Shown here in pieces: positions 29,977-43,439 of a stretch of 64,000 nt of DNA. Made by a program: the position numbers and the translations under genes. Every line of letters starts with the position of its first letter. Position 1 is the first letter of the stretch. The stretch lies in the NCBI RefSeq assembly GCF_009914755.1, contig NC_060942.1, one strand, 5' to 3'. Under the pieces are notes generated by a model. That model ran no database searches and had not been told where the DNA came from. It was given only the letters and a program-made list of their open reading frames with translations. Source of the stretch: the human T2T-CHM13v2.0 reference genome, Homo sapiens.

Positions 29977-30509
29977 TGTCTCCTTCTCTCCTTCTTCTCC
30001 TGGTATTCCCTTACACATATACCGCACATCTTATAATTCTCCCAGAGTTCCTGATAATTTTGTTCCATTTGTTTTATTCTTTGCCCTTTGCATCTTAGTT
30101 TTGAAAGGTTCTCTTGACATATGTTCAAACTCACTGAGTATTTCCTTGGCCATGCCCAGTCCACTGATGAGCCTATAAAAGGCATTCTTTATTTTTGTTA
30201 CAGTTCTTTTTTATTTATATTTTTTATTTCTAGCATTTCCTTTTGATTCTTAGAGTTTCTACCTCTCTGCTTACATTATGCACCTATTCTTGTATGTTGT
30301 CCACTTTTTCCATTAGGGCTCTTTGCTTAGTAATCATAATTATTTTAAAATGCCAGTCTGATAATTCCTAATCTCTGCCATAACTGAATCTAGTTTTGAT
30401 GCTTGCTTTTTCTCTTTAGACAAACTGGCTACTAACAAGCTGGTTCTAAAGTTTACATGGAAAGGCAAGACCCAAAATAGCCAGCACAATACTGAGAAAG
30501 AAAATACTT

Positions 30510-30730
30510 GGAGGAAGGAGGAGGAGAAAGAAGGACTAGGAGGAGGAGGAAGAAGGAGAAAGAGGAGGAGGAAGAAGGAGAAGGAGGAGGAGGAAGATGG
30601 AGGAGGAAGAGGAAGAAGATGGAGGAGGAGGAGGAAGAAGATAGAGGAGGAGGAGGAAGAAGAGGGAGGAGGAGGAAGAAGGAGGAGGAGGAGGGCAGAA
30701 GAAGGGCAGTAGGGGGAGGAGGAAGAAGAA
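30510..30730. repeat. (GAG/GAA)n polypurine tract
   Basis: About 220 bp of almost pure G/A. Confidence 0.95.
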
Positions 30731-31903
30731 TCTAGACACGGGCCTTGTACCTTTTACAAAAATTAACTAAAACTGGATCATAGATCTAAATGAAAGACAC
30801 AAAACTTTAAAACTTCTAGAAGAAAACAAGAGAGAAGCAAGGTGACCTAAAGTGAGTTTTTTAATACACCAACAAAAGCACAATCAAGGAAAAATAAATT
30901 GATAAGTTGGACTTCATTGAAATTAAAAACTCCTGCACTCTTAAGAGAGTAAAAAGGCAACTAACTTACTCACTGGGAGAAAATCTTTGCAAAATACAGA
31001 ACTAATAAAGGTCTTGTGTTCAAAATATGCAAACAACTGTTAAAACTCCAAAATAGTGGGTCTATTTTACTTCTTTTTTTCTCCCTCAGAGATCCTTGTT
31101 CTGAACTTAGCTCAGTTTTAAAATGGGCAAAATCACTGAACAGATGCCTTACCAGAGATATACAGATGTCAAATAAGAAAATTAAAAGACGCTCAACATT
31201 TTATTGCAGGGAATTGCAAATTAAAACAACAGTAAGGTGGCACTACACAGCTATAGAATGGCTAAAATCCAAAACTGACGCCACCAAATGCCGATGAGGA
31301 TGTGGAGCGATAGGAACTTCCACTGTTGGTAGGAATGAAAAATGCTGGAGTCACTTTGAAAGATGGTTTGGCAGTTTCTTACAAAACTAAACAAATTTTT
31401 ACCACATATCCAGTAATCACACATCTTAATATTTACCCAAATGATTTGAAAACTTACATCCACACAAACCGCTACACAGATGTTTATAGCACCTAATTGC
31501 CAAAACTTGGAAACAACCAAGATGTCCTTCAGTAGGTGAATGAATAGACAGTGGTGCATACAGACAATGGAATATTACTCAACACTAACAAGAGAAGAGT
31601 TATCAGGTCATGAAAGATGTGGAGGAATCTTAAATGCATATTACTAAGTAAAAGAGGCCTATCTGAAAAGGTTGTGTACTATATGATTCCAACTGTATGG
31701 CATATTAGACAAAACTAGGAAGAGAGAGAGCAAAAAGATCCGTGGTTGCCACAGGTTGAGGAAAAGGAAGAGAGGGGTAAGCAGGATTTTGAGGACAGTG
31801 AAAGTATTCTGTATGATACTGTAATGGTGGAGACATGCATTTGTCAAAATTCGTAGAACTATACAACGAAAGAGTGAGCCCTAAAATAAATTGTGTACTT
31901 TAG

Positions 31904-32390
<487 letters not shown>

Positions 32391-33050
32391 TAAATCTCTA
32401 AGCAAACATTTCTGCTCTAATGTTGAAAGTCTCGGAGCAAAAGCAGAGTATGGTTTATCAAATGAAGTGGTATCTACATGTAATTTTCCAAGAGTGCTTT
32501 TCACTAAATAGCCCTAAGCTGTTTTCTCAGACTCCAAGTAAATAAACCGAGTTTAGTCTATGGCTTGTGATTCATCCTGGGCTATTTTCTACAAAAAAGA
32601 AAAATCTTTCCCATCAGTTACTTCATTGCATTAATTCTTTGTATCTCCTTGTTCCCCACAGCCTTCTGTATCAGATATTTTAAAGCTCTTTCCTACCTGC
32701 CATGTATCCTTTCATTATGATTATGATTATTTTAGATAATCCCCACTGCTTTCTTTCAATGGAGAAATGTTCTCTTAGGCCCTGGATTTCCTTGCACTTC
32801 TCTAACTCTCATGGATTCCCTGAGTTTCATACCTCCTTATCTTCCTTGCTATCTTGCTATCTTATTTTCCAGAAAGTACTATGTTTTAAATCCTCTCCTG
32901 AAGGTTTTCTCTATTTCGAGATCTCTCTAAAAAGTCTGTTTATCGAGCAGTTTCAGAGATTCAACTTGGTATAACATATGACCAACAAATAAAGAATATA
33001 GGAAAAAACTATAGTGAAATTAAGCAGATTAAGCAGTTCTTGGCTTAAGG

Positions 33051-33577
33051 TGTATATTAGTTAGAGTTCTTCAGAGAAACAGAACCAATAAGATTTATAG
33101 AGATAGAGAAAAGGAGATTTATTATGGGAATTGGTTTATGTAACTATGGAGGTTGAGAAGTCTCACAATATGCCATCTGCAAGCTGAAGAATCAGGAAAG
33201 CCCATGATATAATTCAGTCCAAGTCAGAAGATCCAGGAACCAGGGCCGGGAGTGGGAAGCTGGGACTGGTGTAAGTCCCAGAGTCTGAAGGCTCAAGAAC
33301 CAAGAGGTCTGCTGCCCAAGGGCAGGAGAAGATGGATGTCTCCGCTAAAGAAGAGAAGGAGTGAATTCACTCTTCCTCACCTTTTTATTCTATTTGAGCC
33401 CTCAATGGATTGGACGATGCCCTCCCATACTGGTGAGGAAAGATCTTTACTCAGTCTATCACTTCAAATATAATCTCTTCTGGAAGCAACCTCACAGACA
33501 TACTCAGAAACAATGTTTTACCGGCTATCTGGACATCCCTTGCCCAGTCAAGTTAACACATAAAGTTAACCGTCACC
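33051..33577 (-). mobile_element. MLT2 (ERVL) solo LTR
   Basis: agagaaacagaaccaata...gcccagtcaagttaacacataaagttaaccgtcac. Confidence 0.88.
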
Positions 33578-33863
33578 GATCACAGAGTGAGTAAACTTTG
33601 AGGCTGAAATTGAACCATGTCTTCTGCATCCCAATCTAATCCCCTTTCACTAAACAACATCATCATCTTAAATAAGGTGACGAATAAGCATGCAGCTTCC
33701 CTCCCACCGCTCGGCAGAGGAGAGAAAGATAAATCTCAGGAAATGCTTAAATAACACTTTTACATAATCACCACTAGTATTCAAGAACTAAGCTACATAT
33801 CTGGAGCTATATATCTTAAATATAAATTAAACTGGTAGATGCTTTTAAAAGATAACTAAGAAT

Positions 33864-34070
33864 GGCCCGGGCGCGGTGGCTCACGCCTGTAATCCCAGCA
33901 CTTTGGGAGGCCGAGGTGGGCGGATCACGAGGGCAGGAGATCGAGACCATCCTGGCTAACATGGTGAAACCCCGTCTCTATTAAAAATATAAAAAATTAC
34001 CCCAGGCATGGGCGACAGAGCCAGACTCCCGTCTCAAAAAAAATAAAAAATAAAAATAAAAATAAAATAA
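33864..34070 (+). mobile_element. AluY-like with most of the right arm deleted
   Basis: CpG-intact left arm; jumps from caggcat to gggcgacagag; TSD ataac(t/c)aagaa. Confidence 0.9.
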
Positions 34071-34285
34071 CCAAGAACGTGGGTATAGGGGTAAGTTAAT
34101 TTGGGAGTTGGTTTTTTATCTCTATTACTGCTATTTTTTATCTACTACTACAACTGGGAAGTGGGAGAGCGTCACAATTCAGAAACAATACAATGATAGT
34201 CCTGAAAAAAGTGATCCTTCTAAAAACTACTGGCACTTGAGAAATGTGAGGGATAAATACACCCATGTTGTAATTCGTGATTATA

Positions 34286-34407
34286 TTAGGTAGGTGCAAA
34301 AATAATTGCAGCTTTTGCCATTAAAAGTAATGGTTTTGCCATTAAAAGTAATGGTTTTGCCATTAAAAGGAACGGCAAAAACCGCAATCACATTTGCACC
34401 AATTTAA
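34286..34407. mobile_element. MADE1 (Hsmar1 MITE) with a triplicated centre
   Basis: TA-flanked TIRs ttaggtaggtgcaaaaataattgc ... gcaatcacatttgcaccaatttaa; 122 bp long. Confidence 0.9.
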
Positions 34408-35419
34408 TAGCAAGCTCAGGAATAATACCTGGGCCAAGCAAAGACAACCAGAGTGTTCTTAGACCATTAGATAACCTTCTTATTATAAAGATCACCACAG
34501 AACTTCACCAAGACACTGAAGTGAAGCACACATAGAGAACCCGCACTTTGCTCAATTTTAATTTAGAGTTAAGATTTGATATAGATGCAGCCACACTCTT
34601 CCAACATATAAACAGCTTTTATAAATAGCAGATGCCATTGCAAACTGCTTCATGGAGCTGGCAGCCACAGAACAAAATTTTTGGTCTGCCAACTGAATTT
34701 ACAAGGAGACTGTGGTTTTGGCCACATTAATACCATTATATGCCCAACCAATGCATCTCTGATATCAGATATCCTCTGTGGGATAATCACTGCAAAGCAG
34801 CACCTTGAGAGAACCTTTAGATTTTTTTTTAAAGCTCTACCATATTGACTATTGTTACAATAAAAAGATCTAAATAATGATTGAATGGCTGATTCTTGAA
34901 TCATTATTTCTGCTGCTGCAGGCAAAGATGATTCCTTCACATATTCATTATCTGATCAAATCTGATTTACTTGTATGGCTCAGTGACTTTCATAACCCCT
35001 TTTTGCTCACAGACATGGTCCAGACATCTGACAAACAAACAGCTTGCAACAGCTGGCCTTTCTCCAGCTTTCTGGCCAAATTAAAAGGCCTGTTCTCAAA
35101 ACAGTACACCCCTTTTATGTCCCCATGCTTAACACACCTTCTTCCCTTTATTGGGGCAAATCATTTCATTTTCGCTCACCTCATGACCTCCTACCCATCA
35201 TTCAAGACTTGAGTCAAATATCATGCCATCCCTCTATTTCCTCAGGAATCCCTCATCACTCTTTTCTTCATGTTGCCACATGACAAAGTACAAATGAGCT
35301 GTGTCATTAACATTATTAAATGCCTATCTTTCTGAGTAGAACATAAACTGTGGGTGTCAGCAACAATATCTTGTCCGTGTGTGTTTCCTCAGCATCTGGC
35401 CCAAATAGGTTACATAGAT

Positions 35420-35564
35420 TTTATTTTATTGTATTGTATTGTATTTTTATTTTTATTTGTAATAGAAATATTCCCTAGGCTGGTCTCAAACTCCTGGACT
35501 CAAGCCTTTCACCTGCCTCACCCTTCCAAAGGGCTGGGATTACAGGCATGATCCCCTGCGCCCA
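35420..35564 (-). mobile_element. FLAM/Alu left monomer
   Basis: ggctggtctcaaactcctggactcaagc...gggattacaggcatga; imperfect TSD taca(t/c)agat. Confidence 0.8.
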
Positions 35565-35739
35565 GATACACAGATATTTTTAAAATGAAAAAAAAAGGTC
35601 AAATTTTATTGCATTTTAGTGAGCTGGGTTTTGTTCCCCCAAAAAGATGTCTTTCTAATTTCTACCATTGTTTAGGACAACAGATTTATGTGACATCAGA
35701 ACAACTGAGATAACATGAAAAATACGTTCAGCAAACTTT

Positions 35740-36990
<1,251 letters not shown>

Positions 36991-37178
36991 CTTATTTGGA
37001 AAGAGGTCACAAATTCCTTAAGAACTGGTAAAGCCCCTCATTAGAAAAATATATGCATGTACACACTTGTGAACAATTTTTAAAGGTCTTGAAATCCATC
37101 TATAGACTCTATCAATTACATTACTCATTCATCCCTATTTCAACTGGGTCCTAATCACCTCGCAACCCCACAGGGTGA

Positions 37179-37496
<318 letters not shown>

Positions 37497-38598
37497 TTGC
37501 AACTTCTTACTAATTGTGATGTATGAAAAGAACGTAGAGTGGCTTGTGTGCCATATTGTGTGGGGAAGAAGCAGTACGCAATGGTAGACGGAAACTGCTT
37601 TCGAGGTGGGAAAACCTGAGATCTTAGCCTAATTCTGTCACTAGCTAAATAAACTGGAAAAACTACTTAATCTTTGTCGCCACATCTTCGTCTATAAAGT
37701 GTGCACACATATGTGTTTAACTCATGTTCGTGTGTGCGTGCATGCAGTGAAATGAGAATTCACATTCTCTAAGGTCTTTTCTATTTGTAAAATGTACGTA
37801 CATTATATACCAAAGTGATGTTCTGTTATACAACACTTTTATTTTTGAAGTCATTTAAAACCATCCTGGAAAATAGACACATAAACTCCAAACAGCACAG
37901 CTGTGACTATTCAGCACTCCTTAGTTACAACCAGTCATACTACCATTTAATGGTGTCATTAAAAATACATTGTCACCATAGAAACTTCAACTTTATAGGA
38001 TACCAAATCTTTCTTTGAAATGCTCATGCTGAGCAACTTACATTGTCTTATGTAATCATGGTGGGTTCTCCTTGTTTTTTAGCAGACATAGCTTTCCCTT
38101 CCCCAATTTATCTGTAACCAAGAAAAACTATCAAGGATCTGCTTGAAATTGCTTGATACTTTATTATGCAAAAAAGAGAGAGAATCAGCTTAAAAAACAA
38201 AAACTTTCTCATACTTGGAAACATACATTACCAGTTGTCAACTGTACCACTGTCTTGTAGACTGGGAAACAAAAATGTTCCCACTCTAGACAAAATGCTG
38301 GTAAAATTCTCTCCTCCCACCACTTTTTCACTTTGTCCCTTTCCTGACATTTTTCTTCCTAGTTGCCCGTTTGCCCTTTGGCTCTGTTTGTTTACTTCCC
38401 CACTCATCACTTGGCCACTTACACATCCGGTGTCCGTTTTCTTCCTAGGTGGTCACTAGGAACCAAAACGTTAGTTGGTATAAACTTTATAAATAAACTC
38501 ACAGGGTTATTTGCATTTTAAGCAGGGAATCTTGAAGGCTACAGATTTTTCAAGATGTAAGAAGTAAAACTTTAATAGTATGGGAAAGATAATATGGT

Positions 38599-39185
38599 CA
38601 GTATTGTGGAAAGCAGTATGGTGATTCCTCAGAGAGCTAAAAGCAGAACTACCATCCGTCCCAGCAATCCCATTACTGGGTATATACCCAAAGGAATATA
38701 AATCATTCTACCACAAAGACACATGCACACGAATGTTCATTGCAGCACTATTCACAATAGCAAAGACATGGAATCAACCTAAAATGCCCATCGATGACAG
38801 ATTGGATAAAGAAAATGTGGTACATATACACCGTGGAATACCGTGCAGCCATAGAAAAACTGAGGTCATGTCTTTTGCAGGAATATGGATGGAGCTGGAG
38901 GCTATTATCCTCAGAAAACTATTGCAGGAACAGAAAACCAAATATCACATGTTCTCACTTATAGGTGGGAGCTAAATGCTGAGAACTTACGAACACAAAG
39001 AAGGAAACAGCACACTGGGGTTTACTTGAAGGTGGAGGGTGGGAGGAGGGAGAGGAGCAGAAAGATAACTATTGGGTACTTGGCTTAATTCCTGAGCGAT
39101 TAAATAATCTGTACAACAAACCCCCATGACATGAGTTTACCTATGTAACAAACCTTCACATGTACCCCCAAACTAAAATAAAAGA
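38599..39185 (+). mobile_element. Older L1PA/L1PB 3' end
   Basis: ORF2 C-terminus MFIAALFTIAKTWNQPK; 3' UTR ggtggagggtgggaggagggagagga...acaaacccccatgaca. Confidence 0.92.
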
Positions 39186-39294
39186 TTTTTAGAAATGGCC
39201 AGTATTTTAGAATTGAATAGCCCAGGCTCAAGCTCCCTCAACTGACCCTAGACAAACTACCTTCCACTCCACCTACTTATGTGCTCCCTCTCTT

Positions 39295-39850
39295 TGCCAT
39301 TAAAAATTGTGCTGTGTACCTACTAGATGCTCTCCTAGGCACAAGGGCTACACCAGCCAGTGGAGTAGACAAGGGCATATCACATATTTCTGTCTAGTTC
39401 AAAGAGAGACAGAAAACGAAAAGGCAAACAGAAAAAGACAAGTGTTTATAGTGATCGGTGAGCCCTGCAGGGATCTGAAAGAGCTTTCCAAGTAGAGAGA
39501 CCCACTGGTACCAAGTCCTGAGATAAGGAAGAATTCTCCATGTTTTGGGGAGAGTAGATCAGTGTGTCTGGAACATGGTGAATGAAGTGGAAATTGGTTC
39601 AGGATGGGCCATTTCCTGCAAGAGTTTGAAGACAAAAATGAGGAGTCTGGATTTTATACTCAACCTAACAGGAAGTCAATGGAAGCCTTCAAGAAAGGAA
39701 GTAAAACAACATGACTTACTTTATAAAAGGTCACCTCTAGCTGCTAGGTGCCAAATAAACTGAAGCAAGAACCAAGGAACACAGAGAGACAAGTTTGAAG
39801 AAATTGCAATAGTCAGGTATAGTGGTGGCTGCAATTGCCAGCAAAAGCAA
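39295..39850 (-). mobile_element. L2 fragment
   Basis: tgtgtacctactagatgc..., aggagtctggattttatactc...ggaagtcaatggaag. Confidence 0.6.
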
Positions 39851-40959
39851 TGGCATGAGTATTAGAAGCTTCTTTTCAATTAAAATGAAAACCCTTTGAC
39901 TAGGATGCTAAAAAGTCTTATTTGCTTTCACATCTTTCCCAAAATGCCATCATGGCTGCTATTATCTAGTCTAGATTCTGATGAATAAGTGAAATAATAT
40001 GATCATACCCCTTCTATTCCAGGGCTTCTGTATCCAGCTCTGATTTAGCCAAATATTCAAGTGAAGCAAAAATTGCAAAGTCTCTCAGAACTTTTAATAA
40101 ATCATAGTAAAAGCAGTAAACATGACTTATACAGCAAAACAGAACAGAGTCAGAGGCAGGGCAGAAACCCAGCATTCCTTCCTCCCCCTGTGTTGTTCTG
40201 TCCTTTAACCCATCTTTACAGCGATTCCAGATACATCTCATTAAATCTCTAAATACTTATTCCAAATGTACTTATTTGTGCAGCAGGCATCCAAAAAGAA
40301 TGCAGCAAACAAGTGAGAGAAATAATTAGTGGCTAACTAAACTTAACCTTTTATGAGAGACCTTAGCAGAGGTTTGCCAGTTTTTTTTATTTTTATTTTT
40401 TTATTTTTGCAAAACTGAATCATTCCTCATTAGTGTCTATGTCATAGGCTACTTTTACATGGACTCATAGAATGACAAATCATTACAGCTGCAAAGAAAT
40501 CTTAGAGTTTATTCTAGTACAACTCCCTGATTGTACAAATCAATAAATGTAAGTAATTTTCCTATGATCACAATGTGTACTAGCATCAGATGCTAAACAA
40601 TAACACCACTGAGACCTTTTCTCACAAGGTTGTATTCAATCCATTTATGTTGCCCCTTTTCTTAAATCCTTACCCTCCTCATGTCTTCTTCACTTGCTCC
40701 CTTAATGGGCTTATATTCCTTCCATGAGCCATCATTGTAACCACTCCCTTCCATACATGATCAGTTATCTTGACTCTCCCGAACTCTGTCACACTCTAAG
40801 CCCCAATCATAATTGAATTCAACTTTATACTACTTCACATCTGTACCCAAACATCTGAATATGGCTAGGGAAAAGCATACCGTTGATAGGTCTCAGTTAA
40901 GTATAAAAACACTAACCTCTTCCACACAGCCAATCTGGCAGGACTGCTCAATTTGTAGT

Positions 40960-41165
40960 ATGGTGGAGAAACATTCCAAATGGGAAGGAGCAACAACTGC
41001 AAGACCTCTTAAGAACTTGCTGAGAAGTCATACATCACTTCCACTACATTTTACTGGTCAAAGCAATTTACAAAGCCAGCCCAGATTTGAAGGGAGGAGA
41101 AAGGCACACCAGCTTTTCATGGGAGAGGCTGAAAAAAATTTATGGCCATTTTTGATCTAGCACAG
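40960..41165 (-). mobile_element. MLT1 fragment
   Basis: gaagtcatacatcacttccactacattttactggtcaaagcaa..aaagccagcccagatt. Confidence 0.7.
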
Positions 41166-41553
41166 TCAGGGTAATTGAGAAAATATCAACGTCTCGTTTG
41201 CTGCAAGCACAAAAAAAAAAAAAAAGCCTTCTTAAGCCCTATCCCTACATTGTCAAGTGTTCTTATTTAGATTTCAGAGGGAGAATTGCACCCCAGGATG
41301 GAGCTATAATAGTCATCTTCCTCCAGAATTCCCCTTCTCGGTAACATTAGAAATAATTTAAGAAAATTGTCATTTCTTCCTTTCCAATCTTCTGCCCTCT
41401 CAGACACACCTCTATTTCAACAGCAAGAACAGTTGGGGGAAGTGGGAAAGGTGGGAGTGAGGGAGGAATTCCTAAATATGGCATGTGCATTTATTTTGAG
41501 CAAAATCACAAGTCATTTCAAACATTTCATTCAATTAAATCATAAAATATGTG

Positions 41554-41919
<366 letters not shown>

Positions 41920-42244
41920 TTAGATTATATTAGTCAGCGTGGGATGTAATGGTAGAATCAATGAGAGGTGTGTCTAGGTTTTGCGTGGAAAATTGGGTGG
42001 AAAAAGAAAGAGAAAAATTGGCTATTCAGAATAACATGTGTTGTTAAAGTGCCCTGAAAATGACATTAGCCTGCTTAATGAGGACAATGATCAAAAAAAT
42101 CACAGGTGAGGTGTTATAATACGGAATAATTTGCATCCTCTTAGCGGTCAATACAAAAATGCCTTTGTAGGAAGAACATCTTAATAAAGCCACCTTTGCA
42201 ATAGCAACACATTGGCTGGGCTTTGGCTTCTTAAGAGAGAAAAT

Positions 42245-42445
42245 ACTCTGGGGACTGTGGTGGCGTGGGGGGAGGGGGAGGGATAGCATTGGGAGATATA
42301 CCTAATGCTAGACGACGAGTTAGTGGGTGCAGCGCACCAGCATGGCACATGTATACATATGTAACTAACCTGCACATTGTGCACATGTACCCTAAAACTT
42401 AAAGTATAATAATAACAATAAAATAAAATAAAATAAAAAATAAAA
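42245..42445 (+). mobile_element. Young, heavily 5'-truncated L1PA2-like 3' end
   Basis: gggatagcattgggagatatacctaatgctagacgacgagttagtgggtgcagcgcaccagc; GAG (non-Ta) diagnostic; A-rich tail; imperfect TSD aaga(g/a)agaaaa. Confidence 0.92.
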
Positions 42446-43092
42446 AGAAAGAAAAGTTTTGCTTCAATCAGTGGAAGAGAAGAAATGCAGATTGCCCAAT
42501 TCTAATGGCGGAGGGTTATGGAGTGCCTCTGGAAGAAGACACCGGGCTCATAAGGAAGGAGAAACTTGGCTGAGACGAAAGCCTGGAGGGAGGTATTTTA
42601 AGCGGAATGCTGAAGGTAATCTCCCCCTCCAAAAAAACAAAGTCTACCAAAACTCATGAAATGTTGCATGTGAGTTTGCATGTGAAAAAAAAAGAAAAAC
42701 AAAAAACCCTGATTCTAACTAGTTCAGAAAAAAGAGTGGGGGTGTGGAAAGAAGGGAGATGTTCACTTAAGCCAGTCTCTGAAAGGCTAGAAATGCGTGT
42801 GGAACCAGGAGCAGGAACCCACTCACTCTCCATTTCTCGTCTTTGCTTGTCTCTGGTTGCTGATCCCAATACCTCACTGTGGCAGGGAACACAGTCCCCC
42901 GCAGCTCTAGGTCTTACAGCTCCACCACCCACTGAGGCCAGAGGGGATCCTGTGGCAGACCCAGCATGGGTTAAGTGTCCACCCCTAGACCAATCACTGT
43001 GGCCAAAATGATGACAGCTTCCATTGCCTGACAGTGGAGGTGGTGGTCTACTTAAAAAGGGAAGAGTTTTGACACACAGAACAGTAAGGGTC

Positions 43093-43439
43093 TGCTATGG
43101 TTTGTGTCCTCTCCAAAATTCATGTTGAAACTTAATTTCTAATACAATTAGAGGTGGAGACTTTAAGAGATGATTAGGCATGAAGACTCCACCCTCATGA
43201 ATGGGATTCATGCCTTATAAAAGGGCTTGAGGGACCCTGTTTGTCTCCTTTTTCCTCTTCTGATGTGTGAGCACACAGCAACAAGGTGCCATCAATGAGG
43301 AATGGACCCTCACCAGACACTGAACTTCCTGGATCCTTGGTCTTGAACTACCCAGCCTCCAGAACCGTAAGCAGTGGATTCCTGTTGTTTTTACCCACTC
43401 TAAGGTATTTTGTTATAGCATCAGGAACCAACTAAGACA
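43093..43439 (+). mobile_element. MST (C/D-like) solo LTR
   Basis: tgctatggtttg...aaaattcatgttgaaacttaat...actaagaca. Confidence 0.85.

Larger units (their letters stand above)
27965..30420 (-). mobile_element. Old L1 (MC/MD-type) ORF1 and ORF2 5' region
   Basis: taatatagctactccagctttc (EN region), gaaggataattttactagatacaagaattctaggttgg (ORF1 C-terminus), and KPQIQEAQRT in ORF 29495-29749. Confidence 0.85.

Noticed and set aside
30508-30739. E/R/K/G-rich ORFs (also 54699-55083)
   Set aside because: Translations of GA low-complexity tracts
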